A DNA stretch of 62,402 nucleotides, filler included. It is 14 parts of 14 records of this genome, joined end to end, with 100 filler letters (N's around TTAATTAATTAA, not from the genome) between each part and the next. Parts side by side here need not be neighbours in the genome. Positions count along the whole stretch, not along the records: positions 18,597 to 24,156 come from SRR15195285_6008; positions 24,257 to 27,263 come from SRR15195285_6015; positions 27,364 to 33,025 come from SRR15195285_6018; positions 33,126 to 37,688 come from SRR15195285_6020; 10 more parts are not named here. The stretch is one strand, 5' to 3'. Position 1 is the stretch's first letter; every line of letters begins with the position of its first letter. A model generated the notes under the pieces. The model worked only from the letters and a program-made list of their open reading frames with translations, made no database searches and was not told the DNA's origin. This document shows, in pieces, positions 22,163 through 34,473 of this stretch. The position numbers and the translations under genes were made by a program.

Positions 22163-22394
22163 TTGAGCAGGTTTGTGAAGTACATGTTGCAAATTCGATC
22201 GGAATGTGCTGGCTCGTGCTCGAGCTTGTGCTATTAAAATGCGTTTATCGGTCCTGGTACGAGTGCAGAGGCAAAATATACTGTTGCTGTCCTACCTGAA
22301 TTTAACCAGTACACACATGGGCGTTTCAATGCCTCTGTCGGACAATGCCTCTTTCAGACGCTATCAGGTTTACCGCCGGTAGCTCTGCGCTGCT

Positions 22395-24156
22395 TCACAT
22401 AATTGTGACCGAGAGGGTGCGGGCGTGTGCAGCGGACGGCAACTTGAGCTCAGCGACGTGGCCAGCGTTGACCGGCGGGTGCGATCCAGCACCGCCGAAG
22501 GGGAAATAGTGGTGCGTCGTATCTGCCTGCGACAGCGGCGCGAGATGCACGATTGCATCGTCGACCAGAGCAGCACCGTCCATGACTGCCTCGATCACGC
22601 GCTGGTTCGAGCGCAGGTGGACGCGGACCACCCATGCGCGCTTCGAGCCATCAGTTGCCGCGCTGATCTCGAAGTGCGTCTTGCCCAATCCGTCGGTGCG
22701 CATCACAAGGTCAGTGCGTGCGTCCTCTTGGTGTCGGACGTGTGTGTCCTGGGCGTAGACAGAGCGGCGAGTTTCCATTTCAGTCTGTGCTGGGAAGGCC
22801 TCGAGTGTCAGCTCTGACCAGTCCCCGTCCTCGATCCTGAGACCAGGCGAGTCGGTCATGACGGTTAGGCCTCCGTCTTTCTTGTGCCACATGGGCTGCT
22901 TCTCGTACGGCTGAGTCGTCTCCATAGTTTTCGGGCCGGTAACGCTGGATCCATCCCATGCATCTTCCCAATCACCTGATCAGGTGCAACAACATGGAAT
23001 TATCGTAAGGTTTGTGGAGTTCATGTCGCAAATTCGATAGGAATGTGCTGTTGAGACCACCCAATGGCTGGCGCTAGAGCTTGTGCTGTATGATAATGCG
23101 TACCAGGTGGGATCCACACGGTTCGCGAAGTCGAATTGGTGCCCATTTCCCAGATTGGGGCCACGAGAGTATCTTTGAGGAAGACGTACTGGGTGGAGTT
23201 CCTTGCACCGTCAGCGGCGTGTTCGGGCCACATAAGATCACAGCGTGCAACGAACGGTGTGCCCGTCTTGGCTGCCTCCTGGCCAGCGGCGATCAGGGAC
23301 GGGGCGAGCTTGTAGCGGGAGGTGAGGTAAGATCGGATGGTGTCGGTGACGGCGTCACCATACTGCCATGGGCGCTGGTCTGAGCCGTGGTAGCGGAAGA
23401 TGGTGCTGAACGCGCAGTGTGCAGTCCAGCGGAGAAGGTCGCCACCCTCAGTCGGGTGGTAGTCACCTCCGCAGTCGCTGTGTACGTACGTCTTGAAATC
23501 ATGGACACCGGAGTCGACGGTGGACTCAACTGCACCCTGCAGCGGAACGCCGTCGCCAGTCCACCAGACTGGATAGCGATGGTGTGCCGGGCTCTCTTGG
23601 TGCATCACTGGGTCCATGCCAGGGCGCCAGTCTGGAAGACCGAACTTGGTAAGCGCCATGGGCTTCTCGTAGAATTTGTCGCCCTTTGCCTCGCGGACCT
23701 TGTCGTACTGAGCGGCGGTGCTGTAGTACAAGAAGGACCCCCACGCAGCGTTGTCCAAGCCATCCCAGTCGCCAGAGGTGTGAGAGATGTTGACGAAAGG
23801 AGGTGGGATGGAGAAGCCCCAGTTGTGGTCGAACCACCAGTAAGTGAGGCCTCGCTCCATCCAAGAGGTGAGGCCTTCCCATCGGAAAGCAACCTCCTCT
23901 GGCGAAGTCTGCAACCCACCTTCGCCCCTCCCGGCAACCGGAAAAGGATGATCATTGAAGTACGTCCTCAGTTTTTGGCCCTTGAGCCAGTCGAACCAGT
24001 CCGTGAACGAGGAGCCGTACGGACCATCGCCTGGGTAGAGGTTAGAGTTCGGGTGATCGTAGTAGTGGTCCTGCGAGCCAACCTCCGGAAACGGGTGGCC
24101 GGGGCCGGTTCCCGGGTACAGGTTGTCCTTGCTGGTGTTGCGCCAGTTCATGTCCA
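22395..24156 (-). CDS. glycoside hydrolase family 31, 5' partial
   Basis: NDHP, WWFDHNW nucleophile, HRYPVWWTGD acid/base, HSDCGG, LLRW...FSTIFRYHG, RYKLAPSL; 128-bp intron 22976-23103 joins WIPPG to DWEDAWDG and the 22395..22925 ORF. Confidence 0.88.
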
Positions 24157-24256
24157 NNNNNNNNNNNNNNNNNNNNNNNNNNNNNNNNNNNNNNNNNNNN
24201 TTAATTAATTAANNNNNNNNNNNNNNNNNNNNNNNNNNNNNNNNNNNNNNNNNNNN
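24157..24256. other. artificial contig spacer
   Basis: 44 N + TTAATTAATTAA + 44 N. Confidence 0.99.
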
Positions 24257-25320
24257 GAGCCCAGTGGTGGGGGCTTAGCTACCACCACCTGCCTCGAGCA
24301 GGTTGCGAAGGGTTGCTCGTAATTTAAATGTTTATTCACGCGCACACAGAACTTTGTTATTGGGGGGCAACTATCCCCATCTAGACACCGAGCGCAAACT
24401 GCAGCTCCGGAGCGCGTCTCGCAGCTCCACCTGTGCCCCCGTACCCAACCTGCTCAGCCCCAGCCCGAGCAGGTAGCCTAGGGATTGAAGTCCGATGTGG
24501 GGCCGACACAAGGTCAACCCTGATGCACCCACTAGTGGCACCTAGCGCCGGCAGCGTCCCAGCTTACCGAGCAGCCCCAGAACAGGCCTGCAGCACACCA
24601 TTCCATCGCATAGTGGCGCTGAAAGCAGCCTACGACGGCGTCCCTTCTCGCGAAAGACATCGTATCCCTGTTCGACAACCTACAAGACCTATCCGCGCGC
24701 ATCGCAGCGGCGTCAGTCTGCCCTGATCGCGCTGCAAGCAGCGATGTCCGGCGTCTATGTGCTCGTGAGGGCCACGCCGGGTCCCACACGCCAATGGAAT
24801 GAAGAGAGAATGCGGCAGTACCTCCTCCCTGACAAAGGAAGGTTCCTCACCGCGAAGAAGCTGATGACCCGAGCATGTAGTCCCCAAGTCGCACCGGGCT
24901 GGCACCGGTCTGTTGCACAGGGCAACACGGCTCCACTAGGGGAGCTCCGCGGGGGTGAGAACGTCGTCGTTGCCCAGCAGGGACCCATCTCTATCGCCAG
25001 CGCCTTGTCGTCTGCCGCACGCGCTGCTCCACCTGTTGCCGGATGCGCTTACGCTGCCGACGTTTGTACTGTTTTCGTCGCTTCTTCACATTCGTCTGCG
25101 ATGGAGCCGGCAGGCGCCGACCCTGCCCTCCGCCGCTAGCGCGGCGTCCGAGCCCACCATCAGCCACACACGCCGCCAGACGTACCTGCGCAGCGTGAAG
25201 CCGCGGAGCATCCCCGACACGCTGAGCTGTACGAAACTCCCGCCGCGCTTCCTTGATCCGCTCACTCTTGCCCCCACGGCAACCACGATAGGGGCGTGGG
25301 CCCCCAGGTGGCTATGAATA
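24257..25320 (-). mobile_element. possible degenerate retroelement remnant
   Basis: ATG-less basic frame PRPYRGCRGGKSERIK...KKRRKQYKRRQRKRIR; GC-rich hairpins and a minus-strand AATAAA near the contig edge; no RT or endonuclease motifs seen. Confidence 0.25.
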
Positions 25321-26547
25321 GTACTGGTACAGTACGTGTAGAAGTTAAAAGTACAATTTTGAGCAATTGTAGAACTATCCCCCCGAATTCTCTGCTGTTC
25401 GTCACTGCTGTTCGTCGCGTGCCGGCGAGCCTTCGTCGCCGCCTGCCCGCCTCTCGGGGTACGCGCTCAGCGCACGCGTGTACGGCGCACGCGTGTACGC
25501 GCAGCGCTGGTACAGCTGCAGCTGTACCTAGCCGGACTAGTACCGTAAACTATAAGGATAAAGGATATAAGCGCGGCGCCGGCGTGCGTGGCTGCGTGCA
25601 TCGCGCTGCTGCACCAACCAGTGCCGCGAGCGTCTCAGGCGGCACGCACGTGCGTCCAGCGTGCGGCTCGCCCCTCTCCGAGCCGAGGAGCGGGTCAGGC
25701 GAGAGCTTCTCTTTGGCGCTGGGTGCTGGCGGGGCTGAGACGCAGACTGGCTTGTGAGGTGAGTGCATTACTTGAAGAGAGTTGGCCCGCCGCCCCGCTG
25801 GCTGGCTGGCTGGCCGGCTGCCGGCGACGCTGCCGGGCTGCGCGTCCGTCGCGCTGCCTCGTCACGCCCAGATATGTCGTCACGCTGGCATCTCGAATAG
25901 CTCGAGCCTTTTGCTACATATCACACGGCGAAAGGACAGAGGTGTTTACATCTCGTTTCCTTGCCGCTTCGATAACGAAAGGTAGAATGGTCGGTTCACC
26001 GACGCCGGGACTTATGTCCAGCTGGCCCCCCAACAACCCCGGGGATCACAATGCCACCCTGGAGTCGTCTCTCTGTACATCTCCAACCCCACCTGCTGGT
26101 TCAAACACTTTCTGTTTTTTAGCCTACGACTTTCGCTCCACGCTCGCGCTGTGTATTACGCTTTGGCTGTTCGGTCAATCCGAAGCTGCATCAAATCTGC
26201 TCTCTGATGGGCTGCTCAGGCATCAGGTTGCCCGACCTGCATTTACAGAGTCTGATCGCTGCGTGTTCTTTCCGGTGTTCAGCAGTTCGCAGGCTCCATC
26301 TGGCAGTTCGCGTCGACCGGTATAGACGATACGATTACGACACAGATGGTGTGCGTGTCCTGCATGGAGCATGACGGCGCACTCCGCGTGTACTGCGGAC
26401 ATGTGCACTCTATACACCAGCCCAAATTGCGAAACCCCGCACCCTTTGTTCCTTCATCACCTGCATCAACTGTCATTTATCATCATTATTACAAAGTGGT
26501 ATACCACTCTAGCAAATTATTCTATCATTTCTATTCTGAATTAGTTG

Positions 26548-27263
26548 TCACTGTCCGACCTCGTTGACAGACGCTCGCCGGCGTCGCCGCTGCATGATCT
26601 TGCTGTCCTGCTTTCGCCCCCCACCCGCTTTTGCCTCCTCCTCTTTCTTCAGTGCCATCAGATCAACTTGTACCTCGGTTACCGAGCCACGCCGAGCGCG
26701 CCCCTGTTTACTCTTGGCTTGTCGGAGCATGCCGTCGTTGTGCTGCGGTGCGATTCCCTCATCCTTGCTGTGGTGGCTGTGTCGGTCTTCTTCGACGGAG
26801 CCACGGCGTCTTCGGGGCTTTGATTTGCTTTCAGCAGCACGTGTGTCGCCTTCTGCACCACTACCGTCGGCGCCGGCTTCCATCACACTGCCTCTCCGCC
26901 GTTTCTTCGGCTTAGCCTTCTCGGTACTCGCACCCTTCGAGCCTGAAGCTGCTGCGGCTGCGATGATCTCGGCATGGGTCATGCCCTCCGTAACTGTTTT
27001 GCACCACAGTGCACGACGGCAGCACAACTGTTCAAGTCTGACTTGAACAGACATGGCATTTGAAGCCTGGCAGGTGACACGTGCATACGCAGGGAGACAG
27101 CAGTCATAATGCGCGGCTGTGGCTCAGCTGCCTACGCACCAGCGCCTGGAAGAGTCGGCACTTCACCATCCCTCTGCGCCTTCTCTTTTTGTTTACGCAG
27201 CCTTGCCTCCGCCTTCTTGTGCCTGTTCGTTGAATATTTAGCGATTGGACGTTTAAAGAAGAT
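26548..27263 (-). CDS. 3' end of a basic low-complexity protein with four RRxS motifs
   Basis: Frame open from contig edge, GT-AG intron ~26994-27140, then RRGSVME, RRGSVEE, RRGSVTE, RRASVNE. Confidence 0.55.
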
Positions 27264-27363
27264 NNNNNNNNNNNNNNNNNNNNNNNNNNNNNNNNNNNNN
27301 NNNNNNNTTAATTAATTAANNNNNNNNNNNNNNNNNNNNNNNNNNNNNNNNNNNNNNNNNNNN
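27264..27363. other. artificial contig spacer
   Basis: 44 N + TTAATTAATTAA + 44 N. Confidence 0.99.
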
Positions 27364-30300
27364 ACAATTACGACGGATGCGCACCTTGTATCGAGGTGGA
27401 CAACGCTGCGGCCAATGCCACGTATACGTGCACGGACGATGCAGATTCCAGAGTGAGCGAGTGTGCACCGGGGCATTATCGAGAGCCCGGTGCAGTTGGA
27501 GCGATGGACCAGTGCAAACCCTGGAGGATTTGCGGCTACAACACAGACCAGATCAACGGCACAAATTCAAGCGATGCTGAATGTGCGTGTCTGCCAGGGC
27601 ACTACGAACCCATTTCTGGTGGTACGGACGGCCTCCTTGACAATAGCACAGGCATTTTGTACGGTTACGACTGTGTGCCCTGGACTCCCTGTGGCGAAGG
27701 GGTACAGGTTTCGACCAATGGCTCCAGTTATATCGACCAGAAATGTGGAGTAAAGCTCAACGTTGCGACCAAAATTCAAGGGGCGATGGACGCAACCGAC
27801 TTCATATCAGCCATTACAGCAGCTATGTCGACAGGTGACGGCAGCGGGGCAGCAGTCCCGGCAGAGAACATCACAGTCACTATCACCAAGTTTGAACAAG
27901 TCATTGAGTCTGAAGCGACTGTGCCTGGTACGGTTTCGGATTACGCGGTGGGAACACCCGGCGGGGATGCTCGGGCGCTGCAGTTCCGTTCTGGAGTCGC
28001 ATCTACCCTGGACACACCGCTCGATACCATATCAGAGCTGAATGTCAGCAACGGGCGCCGCCTGTTGACGACATCGGCTGCTGAATGGGATGGGGCAGAT
28101 TTTAGTCGGGACACGGGGGCAACAGGTCTGCCGCCCTGGATCCTGGAAAAGGGAGTGCAGAGTGTAGAAACACGAGGTCTACCAGAAAAACGAACGCTGA
28201 CAACGTTGTCGCCAGAATCAACGCCTACAGGTATTGTGACGACGGTCGCCACGCCTTCTCGTCCCGTGGATCAGCGCAACATAAACATTTCAGCCCATCA
28301 CCGGTACCTGCAGGACGGATCCGTCAATATCTTGTATAGCGTAATTGTGGATGAGCCGGAAAAGGCAGTCGCAGTTGCAGCGACAGCCTCAGACACAACA
28401 GCATTCCAAGAACAGTTGGTCGTAAACGTCAATCAGGCCGCTCAGGTCCTGGTGGAGCAGGGTCTGGTCAGCGAGGAAATCATGCAAGCAATTCCCGTGA
28501 TGGACGAGATATCGGTTTCAGAGCCAATCATCGAGACGAAGATTGATTATACGGTCTCCGTCGAGACCGAGGATGCCGATATAGGCTCGCAGATGTCTGA
28601 AAATCTGGGCGACCCACAAGTGCTCGCGACAGCGATCTCGGCACAGACTGGGCAAAACATTACAGTTGAGAACGACGTTCTCTGCGACATCCTCACTCAG
28701 TACGAGAGTGCGCCCAAAACGGCTCTGCGCGCCCGAGTATGCACCTGGCTAACTGTATGCGACACCCCGCATCAGTTCGAGTCGGTCCCCGCTACATACT
28801 CCTCCGACAGAAACTGTACTGACTGCACCCCGGTGCAGAACACCGACGCGAATGTGGTGTACTCCTGCAGCTCTGAGAATGACACACGTGTCTCGGCCTG
28901 CCAAATCAGTTTCTATGTCTTGCGTGGGTACCGGAAGACTTCTTCACAGCGCGATCCTCTGGCCAACGGGATAAACTCCACACATTTCCCGTACGGTAGC
29001 CCGGACCAGTGTTTACCGTGTGATGACATGTCCAACGTACCATCTGTCGACAGCTGCGAACGATGTCGAGGCTCAACCTCGTCGGATTGTCTTGATGGCA
29101 CATGTGCCGCGGGCTATTTTACATATGCTCGGGTTTCCAATGACTGCAGTCCGTGCAGCACAGGTAAATACAACACGATGACAGGAAGTGCAGACAACAG
29201 CGACTGCCTAGACTGCCCGACCGGCACGTACGCAGAGACTCGCGGGAACGCTGTCGAAAGTGATTGTCTGCACTGTCCTTCAGGGAAATACGGAATTGAG
29301 AAGGGTGCCGGGTTTGCCTCCAGCTGCATCGAGTGTGATGCCGGGACTTGGTTGGCTCTGACTGGCCAAGATTCACCTTGGGACTGTGAGAATTGCACCG
29401 CAGGTAGATTCTCTGATCAGATTGGTCAAGTCAGGCTGGAAGACTGTGAGGCATGCCCGGGTGGAAAATGGTCTGCGAAGGTCCGCGCGAGGCTGGAGGC
29501 AGAATGCCGAGACTGTGGATCCGGTAAATTCTCGAACCGTACAGGCGCACCATCTGACGCTGAGTGCGAGCTCTGCCCGCGGGGACGATGGGCGTCCACA
29601 CCAGTCAACGTTCACGCTGACGACTGCGTCTTGTGCGGTGTTGGTCGCTACAACCAGATTCCAGGCAGCATTTCTGGCATGGCTTGTATCGAATGCGGTA
29701 TGGGCCGATATTCGTCCAAGTTGGGGTCGATCTCAAATGATGATTGTACGGGATGCCCGATGGGGAGATACGGAGACAAAACTGGCCAGACCAGCTTGGA
29801 CGCCTGTGACGTCTGCGTGCCGGGCAAGCATCAAGACGAGCAGGCTAAAACAGAATGTGATCTGTGTGAAACTGGGAAGGCTCAGGAGTCGCCCGCGGCT
29901 CAGGACTGTACGGAATGTTTCCCAGGTACTTATACAGATCGCGGCGCAGTAATCTGCGCGCCATGCCCGCGAGGTACGTACGACCATGACGACGATGCTG
30001 CGACTTCGTGTGTTGAGTGCACAGTAGGTTTGTACAACGATGAAACAGGCGCGCGTGGTCAGCCTGGATGCAAAGCCTGTGTTGCTGGAAGGTACGGAAA
30101 CACCAGCGGTGCTATTCAATTCTCAAACTGCACGCGCTGTCCATCCGGTTCGTGGTCGGAATTCCCTGGTTCCAGGACGTGCGCTCTCTGTCCTGACGGC
30201 AAGTTTCGAGTGGATGAGTCTGATGTGATTCGAACTGAGCAGCTCGGGCTGTACGAAGGCCAGGCGGACCTCATTAATGCTTGGGAGACTTACGTACAAA

Positions 30301-33014
30301 ACGTAGGCACAGCGACCTGGGAAGACCAAGGATGCATGGATTGCGTAACAGGTATTGGCGATGGCGTCGGAGTGGAGTGTGCTGGAGAAGGTACCACTTT
30401 CCCTCCTACAGCGGCAGGCTATTTCATCGAGCAATTCGAACCGCCAAGCAGGTCCGCCACGTGCGAGCCGATGGAGGCATGCGACGGTGGATTTGGAGAA
30501 GAAAGTTGCCGTGTAGGTTACGAAAAGTTCCGCTGTTCGAAGTGCATGCACATGTTCTACCGAGAAGCCGGACTGTGCAAAGCTTGTCCTGAAAGTTGGC
30601 CACTAGGTGCTTTGGCTGTCGGATTTCTGGTATTCTTGCTCATAATGGGGCTTGTGGCCGATTATCTGTTTGACAAAGTGTCACGGTTGAGTGAGCGTGT
30701 CGCTCCGATTCTGATCTTGCTCACATTTTTTCAGACTGTGTCGCTGCTGCTTGATGTACCGCTGTCTTGGCCTCCGGCGCTAGTGGAATTTATCACCGCT
30801 CTGTCGTTTGTCAACTTGAATCTGGAACTTGCGAAGCCAGAGTGCAGCATCAAGATCGACTTTTACGTAAAACAACTTGTGACCCTATTCAGTCCACTGG
30901 TTTTCGTGGGGTTTACAGTATTATTTGTATCCGTGCTGGTGCTCAAGATTGCAGTCGTTCACGCGTGCAAGCCCGATGGCCATCCACTGGGTCAGAAAAT
31001 CGCTCAGAAAAGGCGACAGATCGTGTCAAAGATTATGGGTATCCTGACTTCTGCACTCGTGGTAGCATCAATCTTTTTCATGAAGAGCATGGTTGGCGGA
31101 CTAGACTGCAGCAAACAAGAGCGAGATGGACTGTACTACCTCGACAAGGAGCCACAGACGCTGTGTGACACAGAGTACGAGCTCTGCGACAAGAAGACGG
31201 GAGTGTGTGACTTCTATTATGCGAAGATCTACAAAAACTCAATCATCGGACTGGCTATTTTCTCAATATCGTTCGTTGCGCTGTGTCTCGGGATGGCGTT
31301 CGGTGAGCGCTCGACATTCAACTTTTTGGCCGAGAAGATGAGCCCGCAGTGGTTTTGGTGGGAACTGGTACTGCTCGCTCGGAAGCTTTCAGTCATGATT
31401 ATTGCGCTCCGGACCTCGGAACATCCTGAGCAGGGCTGGTTCTTGTGCTCATTTGTCCTAGTTATTGCGCTCTCCGCCCACTCGTTCGCCCGACCGTATC
31501 GTGAAGGTTGGTTAAACGGCTGTGAGTACTCGTCCCTTTTCTCGACGCTTCTGCTGTTCCAGGCAGGGATGGTGTTCAAACAAAACAACGAACTGGGTGG
31601 TGATTCTGGGGACATGGCAGAAGGCGAGTTTGAAGCTGAAGCTCAGACAGAGATGGCTCAAGATCTGCTGTCTGCTGAAGCTGACGCTGACAACAAGCTC
31701 GCCGATTTGGCACGGATGTTAGTGTGGGTCGCGATCGGTCTGATATCGATGACGACAGGGATGTGCATGTTCGTGGCCATGAAGCTCATGTGCGAAAAAC
31801 ACAAGAATTACCTTGAGCGGCGCAAAAGACAGCTTGCAACTGATCGTGCTGCTGCAGGGCTACTTACAATCGAAACTAGTGCGCAAATCACCGACGCTGT
31901 CTCTACAGAGGTTCTGCAGCAGACTCTGCAAGCAAGGGCTGGCGCGTCTAGCGACCCGAAGCAGATGACAACTGACACGATGGTGCACCTGTTGACCTCC
32001 CGTGGCGTCAGCTTGCCTGAGTCCAAGCCCGGCGGCGCTCCGCCACAGTATGTACCGCCAGGCATGAGCGCTGGCGACCAGGCTTTGAAACCTTCGCCTC
32101 AGCTTTTTGGCGGTCCGAACTCCCAATGCAGATTCTGCGGTCGGTCGCAGAGTCTCGCCGATTCAGGAGCCGCTGCTACCGTTCGACCGAAAACACCAGG
32201 CGAGATTGCCAAGCAAGGAGGTGACTGGCGAGCTTCGATGGCGCCCAAACAGCGTGAGGCTCGACAGGCCTACCGCGAGCTGATGAAAGCGAGAAATCGT
32301 GTACCGAACCATCGTCCTGACCCACGCTCGTCCAAGAAACAAAGCGACGATCCGAAGCGAGTCCAGGATGCCCCAGAACCTCCGCCGCAACCAGCTCCGC
32401 CGCCAGGAGAGCCCCCTGCGCCAGCTGCTGCTGAGCAGCAGGGGCATGTGGTACAGCAACCGCCCGCAACACAGAGCACAACCGACCACTCAGAGCAACA
32501 GAGGGCGGCACGCCAGGCTTACAAAGAGCGCATGAAATCCAAAGGCTATGCCCCTTCCAAACACCGTGGCAAGGGAACGAGGCCGAAGGTGCAAGACGAG
32601 CGGGGCGAGGCAGTGCCGATGGTCGAGACGGAGCAGGCGTGGGCCGCCGGCGACAGCAAGGAACAGACGAAAGCGGGTGATGCGACGGCTGGCGTGATGC
32701 GTTACTTTCCGGATTCCCGCAGAAAACGGAGACAGGACCAGGTGGTGCAGTTGGCCGGCGCGGTGGGGGAGGCTGAACCGGCAGGACCGCAAATCGAGGT
32801 TGCCAAGCAGGCAAATACGCAGGTCAAGCAAGACGAAAAGGCGAAGAAGAAGCAGCTTGCGCAGGAGGAGAAGGAGCGAAAGCGGCTCGAAAAGGAGAAG
32901 GCGAAGCGTGCGAAAATTAAGAAGCAAACAGCCAAGGAGGCCCTTTACGCGGACCCAGAGCCAGAAGACTTAAAGCCGAATGGAGACGATAGCCCCGACG
33001 ACGGGGCCCCTTGA
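27364..33014 (+). CDS. giant Cys-rich (TNFR-like and GCC2/GCC3 ephrin-receptor-like repeats) multi-pass membrane protein, 5' partial
   Basis: >1870-codon frame; more than a dozen CxxCxxGxY/W repeats; CRVGYEKFRCSKC; TM module TFFQ, WP, NLNL..PEC, FWWELVLLARKL, RPY..LN (same family as 12235-14994); disordered P/Q/K/E-rich tail. Confidence 0.85.
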
Positions 33015-33025
33015 AACGCAACAGT

Positions 33026-33125
33026 NNNNNNNNNNNNNNNNNNNNNNNNNNNNNNNNNNNNNNNNNNNNTTAATTAATTAANNNNNNNNNNNNNNNNNNN
33101 NNNNNNNNNNNNNNNNNNNNNNNNN
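33026..33125. other. artificial contig spacer
   Basis: 44 N + TTAATTAATTAA + 44 N. Confidence 0.99.
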
Positions 33126-33189
33126 CGTCGTCGTCGTCGTCGTCGTCGTCGTCGTTGTCTCTCCCTCTGTGTGTGTGTGTGTGTGTGTG
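33126..33189. repeat. (CGT)n and (TG)n microsatellites at contig start
   Basis: cgtcgtcgt... followed by tgtgtg... Confidence 0.95.
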
Positions 33190-33238
33190 CTCTTGAAAGG
33201 CGGCCTTGGCTCCTTTGCTGGTAGGGCAGCAGCCCGGG

Positions 33239-34048
33239 ATGGCCACGAAGGTAGCTCCCGCCGCCTTCGCTGAGCTAGCCGGCTGTTTCGACCAGCGGGT
33301 GCGCGAGCTGCAGGGCTGCGCGAGCTTGCTCCACACTGCGACTTATGACGAGCAGCTTCAGAGCATCGGCCGCTCGCTAACGGCGGTGGAGGCAAGCTTT
33401 GACGCGCTGAGGGGCGCGGTGGAGGCGGAGAAGCACTGCCTGCGGCATGCCGACGCGGTCGCGATCAGAGCGAAAGAGCAGGCGTCGCTGCTCGCGAAAA
33501 TCATTTCGGCGCTGCCGAAAGAGCTGCTGCAGGACCAGCCGCTTGCGCCCAGGTCGGACAGCAGCAGCAACACAGCGAAGCGCCCAAAGTCGGCACAGAA
33601 GCAACAGCAGCGTCCGAAGCCGGCGCGGAAGCGCCCTGCTGCACCGGCACCGGTGCCCGATGCGGCACTGGAGCACGTGACACAGTCGGAGCTAGATGGT
33701 CTGCGGCGAGACGTGAAGGGGCGGCTGACCGTGGAGAAGCTGAACACAGGAATCGACGAGCTGCAGCAGCTGATGGCCGTGAAGAAACAGCTGCTACTGC
33801 ACAAAAGACCGTCCACGCTGAAGCATGGTGACGCTCAGCGGGTGAAGGACTGGCGGGCACTGGTCACAGCAGAGACGGAGGGATATGCGTTCTTCACCGA
33901 GAACGACCTGCTCGATCCACCTGGCGGAAGCAAGCCGTCGTCCACGATGGTCGGCGCCACTGGCAAAAGTTTGATCAGCGCGCTGCGGTCTCTCGGCCGG
34001 GTCAAAGAAGTGCGGGTCAAACGGACCAAGTTGTATTTGGTGCTTTGA
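33239..34048 (+). CDS. SKA1: spindle and kinetochore-associated protein 1 homolog
   Basis: N-terminal coiled coil ending LP..L, P/K linker, C-terminal microtubule-binding domain VTQSEL...KGRLTVEKLN, ETEGYAFFTENDL, ALRSLGRVKEVR...LYLV. Confidence 0.85.
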   Translation: MATKVAPAAFAELAGCFDQRVRELQGCASLLHTATYDEQLQSIGRSLTAVEASFDALRGAVEAEKHCLRHADAVAIRAKEQASLLAKIISALPKELLQDQPLAPRSDSSSNTAKRPKSAQKQQQRPKPARKRPAAPAPVPDAALEHVTQSELDGLRRDVKGRLTVEKLNTGIDELQQLMAVKKQLLLHKRPSTLKHGDAQRVKDWRALVTAETEGYAFFTENDLLDPPGGSKPSSTMVGATGKSLISALRSLGRVKEVRVKRTKLYLVL

Positions 34049-34473
34049 GTGTAGGCATCTGCGCAGGCGAGCGTGCCGAGTGCTGTCCTGCGCGCTGTGA
34101 AGATGCAAGTGGCTGGATGGTCGAACCACGATGCCTATGTTTTCGAGAACTCAATGGTCAATACGATACACGGCCTGTTCACTTGCGCAGAGCGCACGCT
34201 CCTACACTCACACCGCGTGCTCTGCTCGCCACCACCCACCCTGTCGAGAGTGCGTGACGATTTCCTTTCCAATCCACAGCAGCACCTTCATTACTCTGGG
34301 CATATCCACAGCTCCAAGTTCCAGATCACAGCCGCTGTAAGCAAGTACTCGAAATGGCGCACCGAATTGAATCTCGCTTCTTGCTAGAGCTCTCCGTCTG
34401 TCATATTTGGGAGGCGTGTGCGTGAGACTAGGGGCACTTGGCCACCGATGTCATGATCAGAAGGTTCAGTAAA

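Noticed and set aside
24862-24900. CTGATGA as a hammerhead ribozyme core
   Set aside because: No GAAA after the candidate stem II.
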